Notes: generated by a model not told the origin, from the letters alone. Shown: positions 7,763 to 17,344, counted from the first letter of the stretch. The stretch: DNA of 19,376 bases from Candidatus Krumholzibacteriia bacterium (GCA_036351155.1 JAZBOO010000144.1:1-19376), one strand, 5' to 3'. A program made the numbers and translations.

Positions 7763-9985
7763 TCAGCGCACCATCACCAGCTTGGTGGTGGTGTGCTGAC
7801 CTCCACTGGACACCCGAGCCAGATAGGTTCCCGAGGGCAATGTGCGCCCCGCTTCATCCTGACCAGCCCAGCGCAGGGTGTGTGCCCCTGTGGCCAGGTG
7901 ACCGGCCAGGAGGGTCTTGACACGGTGCCCCCGGACATCGAAAAGTTCCAGCTGGGTGTACCCCGCCCGGGCCAGCTCGAAGCGCAGTTCTGTCGCCGGG
8001 TTGAAGGGGTTGGGGACCGCCGACATGGTCAATGGGCCGGGAACCGAGGGCACCGGCACGGCCGAGACATCATCGATTTCCAGATGCAGCAGGACGGAAT
8101 AACCACCGGTGATCACCAGGTCCTGCCCAGACCTCGCCAGGGCCAGGGCCGGAATGTCATCGCTCCGGCGTGGGTCCCATCCCTCCCAGGGAATGGAGAG
8201 ACTGCGCCAGGTGGCCCCTCCATCTTCGGTGAGGAAAAGACCGCCCTCTGAATTTCCCAGAACGGCCCCGCGCCCCAGCTCGTCCAGTTCCAGACCACGC
8301 CAGCCGTACCCTTCCAGAACCCTCTCCCACGTGTCCCCGCCGTCGGTGGTGTGGTAGATGCCGTCCTGGCATCGAGCCAGCCCGATCAAGGCCGACTGAA
8401 ACTCGACCTGTCGGGGATATCCTCCCAGACCCGAAGCTGATGATGCCTGCCAGCTTTGTCCACCGCTGCTGGTGCGATAGAACACAGGGTTCTCGCTGCC
8501 TCCTGCTGTGAATCCCACATCAACGGTCGGGAAGTCCAGGTCGTAGATCAGGGCAGTGGTCGGCAAGCCGATGGTGGCCGGTTGCCACAGGTCCCCGTCA
8601 TTGTCGCTGCGCCAAACTTCACGCCATCCTTCCACTGCTGTCGTCAAGACATAGACCACTCCCGCGGCCGGGCTATCCAGCCGAAAGGCGGATCCCGTTC
8701 CTGGCGGTGACAGGAAATCCCAGTTTTCTCCACCATCCAGGGTGCGGGCCAGCTGAAACGGAGGACTACCGGGGAAAGTGCCGGCCGCAAACCCGTGTTG
8801 ATGATCCCGCAAAACCAGATCGTTGACGGCGTACCAACCGGGGAATGGATTCCGCGCGTGCCAGGTCCGGCCCCCGTCCTCGGTCTCCAGCCAGGCCACC
8901 GAACCCGCCGCCTCCGTGTAGTAGCTCACCGCCCAACCTCGGCCGCTTTCCACCAGTTCAACATGTTGGAGGGCGTGGCCCCCGAGATTGGTCAGATCGG
9001 ACACGCGCCCCTGCCAGGTGGCACCGTCGTCATCGCTGGTGATCACCGCACCACTGGGCATCACGGCCACCAGACGGCCGCCGGGCGCCTGGATCAGGTC
9101 CGCCACCCCCAGGTGGGATAAGTTGTCGAAGGCCAGGGTCCAGGTGGTTCCGCGGTCTGCTGAGCGATGGATCTCCGCCCCCTCTCCGAAGGCACACACC
9201 AGCCACACGTCACCCGGCAGCGGCAGCATCCGGTGGGCGTAGGGAGGAAAGGCAAATCCCGTGTCCTGCCAGGTTTCCCCACCATCGTCGCTCCGGTAGG
9301 CCTCGAAATCCCCGATCATGAAGCCCGTCTGGGCGTCCATGAAGTCGATATTGTGCAAGGATCCTGCGTCCACTGCAGCCACCGGTTCCCAGGTCAGGCC
9401 GCCGTCCCGGGTGCGCGCAGCAAATCCGTCGAACAAGGGAAACGCCCCGGCGGTGACCACCCCGTGGTTGTCGTCGAACCAGTGCTGGTCACCAAGGTAA
9501 CCGTCGCCGGGCGATGGCATGGCCGACCAGGTGAGGCCTTGATCAAAAGAGGCGGCCACCGCCCCCCCATCACCCACGGCCACAAGCCGGCCGCCCACCG
9601 CCGTGAGATTCACCAAACGGCCCTCATGCGGCGCAGGCGTGGGGGTCCAGGAAAGCCCGCCATCGGCTGAGCGATAGGCTCCGGACCCACCACCCACGGC
9701 CACGATCGTCTCCGCATCCAGTGCCACCACATCCAGAAGGTCGGGTAGGGTTTGCCAGGTGTCCGGCACCAGAGACCAGCTGTCGCCCCCATCGGTGGTG
9801 CGCAAGATCACTCCGGTGTTCCCCACCGCCCACCCCCGCTGTTCGTCTGCAAAAGCCACCGCATTCAACGGGTTTCCCGCCGGGAGGGGATTTGCCCAGT
9901 TGAAGGTGTCCCCCACTACGGGGCCAGCCTGCCAGGCCATCAGCAAGGTCAGGAATATCAGCGTGATTCGGAGCGGGCCATACAT
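7763..9985 (-). CDS. Secreted YCF48-like/BNR-repeat beta-propeller protein with C-terminal FlgD-Ig/T9SS-like domain
   Basis: Signal peptide; more than ten [ST]xDGGx[ST]W Asp boxes (TTDGGDSW, SADGGLSW, TRDGGLTW, SDDGGETW, TEDGGRTW...); GWAVGNTGVILRT YCF48-like motif; C-terminal domain AVPNPFNPAT...FDVRGHRV...WAGQDEAGRTLPSGTY...KLVMVR; GAGGA RBS. Confidence 0.9.
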   Translation of the reverse strand: MYGPLRITLIFLTLLMAWQAGPVVGDTFNWANPLPAGNPLNAVAFADEQRGWAVGNTGVILRTTDGGDSWSLVPDTWQTLPDLLDVVALDAETIVAVGGGSGAYRSADGGLSWTPTPAPHEGRLVNLTAVGGRLVAVGDGGAVAASFDQGLTWSAMPSPGDGYLGDQHWFDDNHGVVTAGAFPLFDGFAARTRDGGLTWEPVAAVDAGSLHNIDFMDAQTGFMIGDFEAYRSDDGGETWQDTGFAFPPYAHRMLPLPGDVWLVCAFGEGAEIHRSADRGTTWTLAFDNLSHLGVADLIQAPGGRLVAVMPSGAVITSDDDGATWQGRVSDLTNLGGHALQHVELVESGRGWAVSYYTEAAGSVAWLETEDGGRTWHARNPFPGWYAVNDLVLRDHQHGFAAGTFPGSPPFQLARTLDGGENWDFLSPPGTGSAFRLDSPAAGVVYVLTTAVEGWREVWRSDNDGDLWQPATIGLPTTALIYDLDFPTVDVGFTAGGSENPVFYRTSSGGQSWQASSASGLGGYPRQVEFQSALIGLARCQDGIYHTTDGGDTWERVLEGYGWRGLELDELGRGAVLGNSEGGLFLTEDGGATWRSLSIPWEGWDPRRSDDIPALALARSGQDLVITGGYSVLLHLEIDDVSAVPVPSVPGPLTMSAVPNPFNPATELRFELARAGYTQLELFDVRGHRVKTLLAGHLATGAHTLRWAGQDEAGRTLPSGTYLARVSSGGQHTTTKLVMVR

Positions 9986-10101
9986 CGCGGAGTCCTCGAT
10001 TGAAAGGAAATTGGCATCAAGAGTTACCCAGACAAGCGGGAAAACGGCGCCGGATGGCTCACGTCAAGATCAGGAAAAGGAGGAGGAATGACCTGGGAAG
10101 C

Positions 10102-11571
10102 TCAGAAAGCACGCCGATTCAGGAAGGTGAAATCGCCGGCACGGACTTCGACGCCGGGCACCGTGAACTCACCGGCCGACCGACCCTGGCGGTCCAGCAG
10201 TTCCACCTGCAGATCGTACACCCCGGCAGGCAAGGTCAACCGGGTCAGGTGAATGTTGTCGGGCAAGGTCAGCCAGCTGCGGGTGTCGGCGGTCTCGGTC
10301 ACGGCCCCGAAGAGGGTCATCGCCAGCTTGCCCAGGTCGCCGCCCGCCTTCCCGGCGCCCCGGCTGGCCAGGTACTTGGTCAGACCACGCAGAATGGTCT
10401 TGAAGAAGATGGTGGGTTTCTCCGCATCGAAAGTGATGCGCGCTTCCCGGCTCAGTCCCGCGACAGTTCGGGTCACCGCCTTGTCTTTCAGTCCTCCCGC
10501 GGAAACCCGCGCCCGACCGATGTTGCCCGGCTGATCCTGAAGTTCCGGCGCCGCCACCGACACCCAGTACTCCACCTTCCGCCCCTTGGCCAGGGCCTGC
10601 ATGTTGCCCATTCCTGCGTAAAGTTCCCAGGACCAGTAGTCGGGATCGTCATAGGCCTCACCGTTGAACACGGGGAAATCGAACCGCAGCTGGGTCTTGT
10701 AGGCCACGAACCCGGTTTCCAGGAACAGGACCACCTGCCCATGCCCGACCGGCCAGCTCCCCGCAGATTCCTCGGACAGCCCGGCAAAAACATCGGGGCA
10801 GGCGACCTTGAGCTGCTCGACCTCGTCGTTGAAGCCCAGGCGTGCGCCGGTCCGGATCAGATCGGAGGCCAGCTGGGCGGGAACATCCACGCCCAGGATC
10901 CCGTGGTTCTGCTGATAGGCATTGGCGGCGTTGCGGTAGGCAATGAAGGCATCGTTGATCTCGCCGTCCCAGTCGTACATGAGGCCGCTGAAGTAGAGCA
11001 GGAACGCGTTGTTGCGAATTCTCTCCAGCTGGTCGCGATCCTCCTCGCGCACGCCTTGCAAGGTGGCGTCGATGTAATCGGACAGCATCAAGCTGGCCCG
11101 CCGCGCCTCGACCTGGGCCGCGTCACGATCACCCAGGTAGATGTAATTGAAGGCCTTGTAATAGGGCACCATGGCCAGCTCGAAGGGCCGGCCCCGGTAA
11201 CTGATGGCCAGGTCGTTGGAGATCAACGACAGAGCACCCTCGCTGATGGACTTGGTGTACAGGTCGTCTGCGGTCCGCTCGGCCGCCGCGAAAGCTTCGT
11301 TGCTTTCCCCGTAGCGGTCGGCGTAGTGCAGGATCAGTCCCCGCTCCAGGAAGTACAGCAGACGATCCTTGTCTCCGCTCTCCTTCTCCACCGTGGCCAG
11401 GGCCTCGTCGTATTTCCCGGCCACCACTTCGGGCTTCAGATCGGCAAACCGCGCGGTGTAGGTGGCACAACCGGTCATCGAGAACAGCACAACCGCCAGC
11501 AGGCCCAGCGCGACCCACCGGCAGATCCGGCGGGCCGCTTCCAGGTCCCGTGTTGTGAAAGAAAGACTCAC
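10102..11571 (-). CDS. COG3014-family TPR-like lipoprotein
   Basis: Lipobox-like MTGC after a hydrophobic stretch; motifs DRLLYFLERG, YRGRPFE..M...YKAFNY and ETADTRSWLTLP; adjacent to an lpoB-like gene, the usual context for this family. Exact start is uncertain. Confidence 0.8.
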   Translation of the reverse strand: MSLSFTTRDLEAARRICRWVALGLLAVVLFSMTGCATYTARFADLKPEVVAGKYDEALATVEKESGDKDRLLYFLERGLILHYADRYGESNEAFAAAERTADDLYTKSISEGALSLISNDLAISYRGRPFELAMVPYYKAFNYIYLGDRDAAQVEARRASLMLSDYIDATLQGVREEDRDQLERIRNNAFLLYFSGLMYDWDGEINDAFIAYRNAANAYQQNHGILGVDVPAQLASDLIRTGARLGFNDEVEQLKVACPDVFAGLSEESAGSWPVGHGQVVLFLETGFVAYKTQLRFDFPVFNGEAYDDPDYWSWELYAGMGNMQALAKGRKVEYWVSVAAPELQDQPGNIGRARVSAGGLKDKAVTRTVAGLSREARITFDAEKPTIFFKTILRGLTKYLASRGAGKAGGDLGKLAMTLFGAVTETADTRSWLTLPDNIHLTRLTLPAGVYDLQVELLDRQGRSAGEFTVPGVEVRAGDFTFLNRRAF

Positions 11572-11577
11572 CGTCTA

Positions 11578-12192
11578 TCAGCCCTTGTACTTGCCACGAG
11601 TCACGAACTTCTTGATCTTCTCCACGCCCGCCCAGACCTTCGTGTTGTCTAGTAGATCCACCAGGTAGCAGTCCACCTGGTAATACTTCACCTCGTCACC
11701 TTCTTCACGGTCGAACTGGGTGTTGATCTCACCGATGAGCATGAAATCGGCGCCCTTCTCCCGACCCCACTGCTTCATGGTCTCCTGGCTGGCAAATTCC
11801 TGCTGGTCGGCACGCTCGGCCCGGATCTGGTCGCGTTCCTCGGCCGAGGCCACCACCTTGACCCGTCCGTTGTTGATGAAGCTGCGCTCGAGGTCACCGA
11901 TGAAGGTCTTGACCGCGATATGCTCGGGCGTCTTGTTGCGCACCGTGCCGATGATCAGAACGGGCTTGTTGCCCTTTTCCGCCCGGAAATCCTCGACCCA
12001 CGGACTGGCGGTGATCTGGGTCATCAACGCTTCGGAAACCATCTGGCTGTCCACGTCGTTCCAGTTGCCGGACAGATCGATCTGATCGCCCACATCGGTG
12101 CGGTAAACTGTCTTGCCACCGCCGCAGCCGGCCATCATCAGCAAGCCGGTCATCAGGCCCACGGCCAGAGCCAGTGTCATCATTCTTTTCAT
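11578..12192 (-). CDS. lpoB: LpoB-like (penicillin-binding protein activator, COG3417) lipoprotein
   Basis: AGGAGGA RBS; lipobox MAGC; motifs DLSGNWNDVD, VRNKTPEHI, GADFMLIGEI, YYQVDCYLVDL..N.KVW...IKK. Confidence 0.8.
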   Translation of the reverse strand: MKRMMTLALAVGLMTGLLMMAGCGGGKTVYRTDVGDQIDLSGNWNDVDSQMVSEALMTQITASPWVEDFRAEKGNKPVLIIGTVRNKTPEHIAVKTFIGDLERSFINNGRVKVVASAEERDQIRAERADQQEFASQETMKQWGREKGADFMLIGEINTQFDREEGDEVKYYQVDCYLVDLLDNTKVWAGVEKIKKFVTRGKYKG

Positions 12193-12219
12193 TTCGGGTG
12201 TCCTCCTGTCCCGTCAGGT

Positions 12220-14589
12220 TCAGTGATCTTTCCGTTTTTCGTCCAAGGCCCGCCAGACCCGTTCTCCGGTGGCGGGTATCTGATAAATCCTTGTTCCATC
12301 GAGCGCATCGCAGATGGCGTTGATGATCGCCGGTGCCGGTCCATCGATGGGCACCTCACCCACCGCCTTGGCCCCGTACGGGCCCGAGGGCTCATCGGTT
12401 TCGACCAGGATGGTTTCCATGGCCGGAATATCCAGAGCCGTGGCAATTTTGTAATCCAGGAATCGGGGGTTCAGCACCCGTCCCTCCCGGTCCAGCAGCA
12501 CCTCTTCGAAAAGAGCGTAACCGATGCCCTGAGCTACTGCACCTTCAATTTGCCCCTCGGCCATGAGGGGGTGAATGACCGTGCCGCAATCCACCGCGGA
12601 AACGAATTTCCGCAGGAAAGTCTGGCCGGTTTCCGGGTCCACCTCCACGTCGGCAAACTGGGCTGCAAACGGAGGCGGTGAATCGTCGCTCACATGGCTG
12701 GCCGACGCCATGGGCTGCATCATGGCCTCGTACATGCAATGCAGGGCCACTTCCTGCATGGTCATGGACTGGCCATTCGGGGAGACAGCCTGTCCCTTGG
12801 CGAAGTCGATGTCCTCGGCCTCGCAATCCCAGTGCTGGGCCAGGATGGCGGCGATCTGCTCACGCAATTTTGCCGCCGCCTTGACCACCGCACCGCCCGA
12901 AACATAGGTGGTGCTGGAGGCATAAGCCCCCACATCAAATGGGGTCACATCGGTGTCCGAGCTCAGAACCACCACCTGCGCACACTCCAGGCCCAGTTCC
13001 TCGGCACAGAGCTGGGCCAGAACGGTATCCGATCCCTGCCCGATATCCGTGGCGCCCACCAGCAGGTTCACGCTCCCGTCATCGTTCATCTTCACCGTGG
13101 CCGCGCCCCAGTCAATCCCGGCGATGCCTGACCCCTGCATGGCAAGTGCCATGCCCAGTCCCCTTTTCAGATGAGGTTGGCTGGGTTCCTGTTTCTTGTC
13201 CCAGCCGATGGCCTCGCAACCTCGCCTGATGCACTCGTCCAGGCCCGTGCTTCGCACGATCCGTACCAGACCGGGCTTGTTGTCTCCCAGCTTGACACTC
13301 AAGGGGTCGGTGTCGCCCAGGCGGATGTGGTTCTTCTTGCGCAGTTCCAGGCGATCCATGCCCAGTTCACGGGCCACCTCGTCCATGTGGCACTCCAGGG
13401 CAAAGCAGCCCTGAGGCGCCCCATAGCCCCGAAAAGCCCCGCTGTTGGGGTTGTTGGTGTACACGGTGTCCACCTTGAAGTGGATGTTGGGCAGCGGATA
13501 CATGGGCAGAACCTTCTGCCCCGTGTTGCCCTGCACCGTCAGGGCATGGCTGCCGTAGGCCCCGGTGTCGGCCAGCACGCACATGCGATTCGCCAGCATG
13601 GTGCCGTCTTTCATCACACCTGTGGTCATGGTGATCACCTGGGGATGGCGATACCGGGCGGCAATCAATTCCTCCGCACGGGTAAATTCCAGCCTGACGC
13701 AACGTCCGGTCCGCAGGGCCAGCACGCTCACCAGGTCCTCGAGCACCATTTCCTGCTTGTCCCCGAAGCCGCCGCCCACCCGGGGTTTGATGACCCGGAT
13801 CCTGGCCTCGGGCATTTCCAGAACCCGGGCCAGCACCCGCCGCAAATGAAAGGGAACCTGCGTGCTGCAGCGCACCATCAGGCGCTGATCCTCGTCCAGC
13901 CAGGCCACCGCCACGTGAGGTTCGATGTGGCTGGCCTGCACCCGCGGTAAATGGTAGGTGCGCTCGACCACCAGATCACACCGGGCCAGGGCCGCATCCA
14001 CGTCCCCCACCTGACGGTCAATGCGCGCGGCCACGTTGGTCCGGCCGCCCTCGCCAATGCCGCGGGGATCGGGCACTTCATGGATCAGCACGTCGGTCCT
14101 GGTCAGGGCCTCGTGCATGTCGGTGATGGCCGGCAACTCCTCGTACTGAACCTCGATCAGATCCAGCGCCTTCTCGGCGATGGCCAGACTTTCGGCCGCC
14201 ACCACGGCCACCCGGTCGCCGATGAACCGTGCCTTCTCGGGCAGGATCACCGTGTCGTACGGCGATGCTTCGGGATAGCTCTGTCCCGCCCTGGTGTGCA
14301 GGATGGGCTTGACATCCTGGTGCCAGATCACGTCGACCACCCCGGGCAGAGCCAGGGCCGCGCTGGCATCAACCTTCAGGATCCGAGCGTGGGCATGGGG
14401 CGAACGCAGGACCTTGGCGAACAGCATGTCCGGCCGCGTGAAGTCGTCGGTGTAGGCCGGTTCGCCACGGGCCAGCTTGAAGGCGTCGATCTTGGTCACG
14501 TTCTTGCCCACCACCTCGTGGTCGTGGGCGGGAGGCGGAGTGCCCATGATGCGATGAGGCGCCGGCGGAGCTTTTTTGACCGGGCTCAT
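12220..14589 (-). CDS. Xanthine dehydrogenase family molybdopterin-binding subunit (XdhD-like)
   Basis: LRSPHAHARI, HIEPH, STQVPF, VGGGFGDKQE, AFRGYGAPQ, DIGQGSDT, GAYASSTT, EGQIEG, GPYGAKAVGE. The ATG at 14589 overlaps the TGA of the upstream gene (ATGA), so it is preferred over 14661. Confidence 0.93.
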   Translation of the reverse strand: MSPVKKAPPAPHRIMGTPPPAHDHEVVGKNVTKIDAFKLARGEPAYTDDFTRPDMLFAKVLRSPHAHARILKVDASAALALPGVVDVIWHQDVKPILHTRAGQSYPEASPYDTVILPEKARFIGDRVAVVAAESLAIAEKALDLIEVQYEELPAITDMHEALTRTDVLIHEVPDPRGIGEGGRTNVAARIDRQVGDVDAALARCDLVVERTYHLPRVQASHIEPHVAVAWLDEDQRLMVRCSTQVPFHLRRVLARVLEMPEARIRVIKPRVGGGFGDKQEMVLEDLVSVLALRTGRCVRLEFTRAEELIAARYRHPQVITMTTGVMKDGTMLANRMCVLADTGAYGSHALTVQGNTGQKVLPMYPLPNIHFKVDTVYTNNPNSGAFRGYGAPQGCFALECHMDEVARELGMDRLELRKKNHIRLGDTDPLSVKLGDNKPGLVRIVRSTGLDECIRRGCEAIGWDKKQEPSQPHLKRGLGMALAMQGSGIAGIDWGAATVKMNDDGSVNLLVGATDIGQGSDTVLAQLCAEELGLECAQVVVLSSDTDVTPFDVGAYASSTTYVSGGAVVKAAAKLREQIAAILAQHWDCEAEDIDFAKGQAVSPNGQSMTMQEVALHCMYEAMMQPMASASHVSDDSPPPFAAQFADVEVDPETGQTFLRKFVSAVDCGTVIHPLMAEGQIEGAVAQGIGYALFEEVLLDREGRVLNPRFLDYKIATALDIPAMETILVETDEPSGPYGAKAVGEVPIDGPAPAIINAICDALDGTRIYQIPATGERVWRALDEKRKDH

Positions 14590-15053
14590 GACTGCTCCCC
14601 CTGGGCCTGGGCCACGGCCAGAGCGGCCGCCACCGGCTTCACATAGCCCGTGCAGCGGCACAGATTTCCGGTCAAGAAGTGACGAATCTCATCTTCGCCG
14701 GCCTGGGGCTTGTCGCGCAGCAAAGAGTACAGGGACATCATCATGCCAGGGGAACAGTACCCGCACTGAATGGCCGCCGAATCCACCATGGACTTTTGCA
14801 GGCGCTGCATCAAGGGATCCCCAAGCAGGCCTTCCATGGTCACGACCTGGCCGCCTTCACAGCGGGCAGCCGCCACCACGCAGCTGTTGACCGGCTGGCC
14901 ATCGAGCAGCACGGTGCAAGCGCCGCAGTCGCCGGTTTCACAGCCGCGCTTGACCGAGAACTGGCGATGATCGCGCAGGGCGCCGAGCAGGGTTTCCCCG
15001 GGAGCGATGTCCCACTCCACCTGCCGTCCGTTCAATTCCAGGGAGAGCTTCAT
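14586..15053 (-). CDS. (2Fe-2S)-binding subunit, CoxS/XdhC-type
   Basis: KRGCETGDCGACTVLLDG..VNSC, QCGYCSPG and GNLCRCTGY; ATGA overlap with the FAD subunit stop. Confidence 0.96.
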   Translation of the reverse strand: MKLSLELNGRQVEWDIAPGETLLGALRDHRQFSVKRGCETGDCGACTVLLDGQPVNSCVVAAARCEGGQVVTMEGLLGDPLMQRLQKSMVDSAAIQCGYCSPGMMMSLYSLLRDKPQAGEDEIRHFLTGNLCRCTGYVKPVAAALAVAQAQGEQS

Positions 15054-15922
15054 GATTGATCGCCTTTCCGTGCCCGGTCCAGCACCTCATCCAGCATCCT
15101 GCGCGTCAATACCCTGACCATGTCTCGCCGGTATTCCGCACTGGCCCGATGGTCGGAAATGGGCGCCGCCTCCCCGGCCGCAATCAGTGCCGCATCGTCC
15201 AGGATGTCCGGAGTCACCTCGGCAATTTTTAGACCCGCCACCATGTTCTCGGCCAGCTGACTGCGCATGGGCACCGGAGCCACCGCTCCCAGCACGATGC
15301 GCACATTCTCGACCACACCATCCTGGACCCCGAGAGAGGCCGCGACCTGCACCAGGCTGATGTCCTCGGCCGAGCGCGTGAGCTTGTGGCCCGCACAGTG
15401 CCAGTGCGCCGCTTCGGCGGGCAGGGCCAGACCCACCAGCAGGCGGCCTTCGAGAACAGTCTGGCGGGGCCCGACGAAGAAGTCGGTCAGCAACAGGCTT
15501 TCCTGCTCGTCCTGGCCCATGACGAAGCACGTAGCGTCCAGGGCCATGAAAACCGGAGCCATGTCAGCCGAGGGCATGGCATGACACAGGTTTCCCCCCA
15601 CCGTGGCGGTGGTGCGCACGGGACGGTTGCAGCACCAGGCGGCCATCCGGCTGATGGCCCCTCCGGCAAAGTCCCGCACGGCCTGGTCGTTCGCCAGATA
15701 TTCCAGGCTGGCAGCGGCCCCCACGAAGAGATCACCTTCGGGACTCACGGCCACCTCGGACATCTGAGCGCGACTGATGTCGACCACGAAATCACAGGCC
15801 GGTTTCTCGAGCAAAAGGTCGGTCCCTCCCGCGAGATACCGTCCCTTTCCTGCACCAGCGGCCATCATTTCCACCGCCTCGGCGGGATTCGTGGCGATCA
15901 GGTATTCTTTCACATCCCACAT
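15050..15922 (-). CDS. FAD-binding subunit, CoxM/YgfM-type
   Basis: LAGGTDL, ATVGGNLCHAMPSAD, RIVLGAVAPVPMR, PISDHRASAEYR. Confidence 0.94.
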   Translation of the reverse strand: MWDVKEYLIATNPAEAVEMMAAGAGKGRYLAGGTDLLLEKPACDFVVDISRAQMSEVAVSPEGDLFVGAAASLEYLANDQAVRDFAGGAISRMAAWCCNRPVRTTATVGGNLCHAMPSADMAPVFMALDATCFVMGQDEQESLLLTDFFVGPRQTVLEGRLLVGLALPAEAAHWHCAGHKLTRSAEDISLVQVAASLGVQDGVVENVRIVLGAVAPVPMRSQLAENMVAGLKIAEVTPDILDDAALIAAGEAAPISDHRASAEYRRDMVRVLTRRMLDEVLDRARKGDQS

Positions 15923-16033
15923 GCACTGGGCCCTTCCGTGAATTATTTCTTTGCAGTTGATGTCTCTGTGCTAGGTTACAGAAAATTGGAATCCTCGCCT
16001 CAACTATTTCCGTCCTGCTCGTGTGGAGGACCC
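15923..16033. promoter_or_regulatory. AT-rich divergent control region between the molybdoenzyme operon and the deaminase
   Basis: 111-bp AT-rich gap between divergent starts; possible extended -10 TGcTAGGTT (15969-15977, +). No convincing full promoter could be assigned. Confidence 0.4.
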
Positions 16034-17344
16034 ATGTCCCAGTCAAAATTTTTCCTGCTGGAAAACGCCGCTCATCTCGTCACCATGGACCTGGGCCAGA
16101 ACCGGCACGAGCAAGGCTGGGTCGCTGCGCGGGACGGGTTGATCATCGCCGTGGGCGCCGGAAAGACCCCCGATCTGATCGACGGTGTGGCACGGGATAA
16201 GTTCACCACCTACGACGCCTCTGGCTGCGTGGTCTTGCCCGGATTGATCAACACCCACCACCACCTTTACCAGACGCGCACACGCGCCTTCGGCCCCGCG
16301 GTGGACTGCGAACTGTTCGACTGGCTGAAGACCCTGTATCCCGTCTGGGCGCAGCTGACCGACCAGCAGTTTTACGAGGGTGCCCTGGTGGGTTTCCGGG
16401 AGCTGATGCGTTCCGGCTGCACCTTGACCACCGACCATCATTACCTGTTCCCGAAGGACGCTTCCCCCCACCTGATCGACATCACCATCGAGGCGGCCGA
16501 GGCTGCGGGCATCCGCTTCCACCCGACCCGCGGCAGCATGAGCCGCTCGGTCAAGGACGGAGGCTTGCCTCCCGATTCGGTGGTCCAGGATCCGGAGACC
16601 ATCCTCCTGGACAGCGAGCGCGTGATCCGGAAGTACCACGATCCCCGGCCCGGGGCCATGGTGCGGATTGCGCTGGCCCCCTGCTCTCCCTTCTCGGTCA
16701 CGCCCCAGCTGATGAAGGACACCGCCGCCCTGGCTCGAAGGCACGGTGTCCGCCTGCATACTCATCTGTGCGAGACCCGCGATGAGGAGGAGTACTGCCT
16801 GCAGATCTACGGTCTGCGTCCGGTGGATTTTCTGGAGTCGGTGGACTGGCTCAGTGGCGATGTGTGGCTGGCCCACGGCATCTGGTTCGACGACGAGGAA
16901 ATACGCCGACTGGGCGCCGCCGGCGTGGGTGTGGCCCACTGCCCGACCAGCAACATGAGGCTGGGCAGCGGAATCTGCAAGGTCCGGGACCTGAGGGCTG
17001 CTGGTGTGCCCGTGGGCCTGGCCGTCGACGGCTCGGCCAGCAACGACAGCTCCAACCTTCTGGCCGAACTGCGCCAGGCCCTCCTGCTGCACCGTGTGGC
17101 CCATGGCGCGGCGGGCATGACGGTCATGGAAGTGCTGGAAATGGCCACACTTGGCGGAGCCTGCTGCTTGGGGCGCGATGACGTGGGGAGCCTGCAGCCC
17201 GGCAAGGCCTGCGATCTGGCCGTGTTCGACCTTGAGGCCATCGGCTACGACGGGGCCCACGATCCGGTGGCCGCCCTCTTGCTCTGTCACCCGGAACCGG
17301 CGCGCCATGTCATCGTGGGCGGCCGGGTGATGGGTTTTGATTAA
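16034..17344 (+). CDS. 8-oxoguanine deaminase-like amidohydrolase
   Basis: GGAGGA RBS before the ATG at 16034; PGLINTHHHLYQTRTR, LFDWLKTLYPVWA, DHHYLFP, TRGSMS, LAPCSPFSVT, LHTHLCET, WLAHG, HCPTSNMRLGSG, DGSASND. The PCS and SN motifs are characteristic of this subfamily. Confidence 0.9.
   Translation: MSQSKFFLLENAAHLVTMDLGQNRHEQGWVAARDGLIIAVGAGKTPDLIDGVARDKFTTYDASGCVVLPGLINTHHHLYQTRTRAFGPAVDCELFDWLKTLYPVWAQLTDQQFYEGALVGFRELMRSGCTLTTDHHYLFPKDASPHLIDITIEAAEAAGIRFHPTRGSMSRSVKDGGLPPDSVVQDPETILLDSERVIRKYHDPRPGAMVRIALAPCSPFSVTPQLMKDTAALARRHGVRLHTHLCETRDEEEYCLQIYGLRPVDFLESVDWLSGDVWLAHGIWFDDEEIRRLGAAGVGVAHCPTSNMRLGSGICKVRDLRAAGVPVGLAVDGSASNDSSNLLAELRQALLLHRVAHGAAGMTVMEVLEMATLGGACCLGRDDVGSLQPGKACDLAVFDLEAIGYDGAHDPVAALLLCHPEPARHVIVGGRVMGFD

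Noticed and set aside
9986..10101. Possible third copy of the ECF motif upstream of the YCF48-like gene
   Set aside because: GTCAT and GTAAC half-sites occur on the minus strand, but no CGAC at 16-17 nt spacing.
10000..11652. 550-aa plus-strand ORF
   Set aside because: Antisense shadow of the COG3014-type lipoprotein in high-GC DNA; no recognisable motifs.
14590..14661. Upstream start for the Mo subunit
   Set aside because: Would overlap the Fe-S gene by more than 70 bp; the ATGA coupling at 14586-14589 is more plausible.
12220..15922. Aerobic CO dehydrogenase (coxMSL gene order)
   Set aside because: The active-site loop is AFRGYG, not the AYxCSFR of form I CoxL, and the context is purine-related.
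15386..16033. 216-aa N-terminal extension of the deaminase (652-aa ORF), a possible fusion
   Set aside because: Overlaps the FAD subunit on the opposite strand and crosses the AT-rich intergenic region; there is a strong RBS at ATG 16034.
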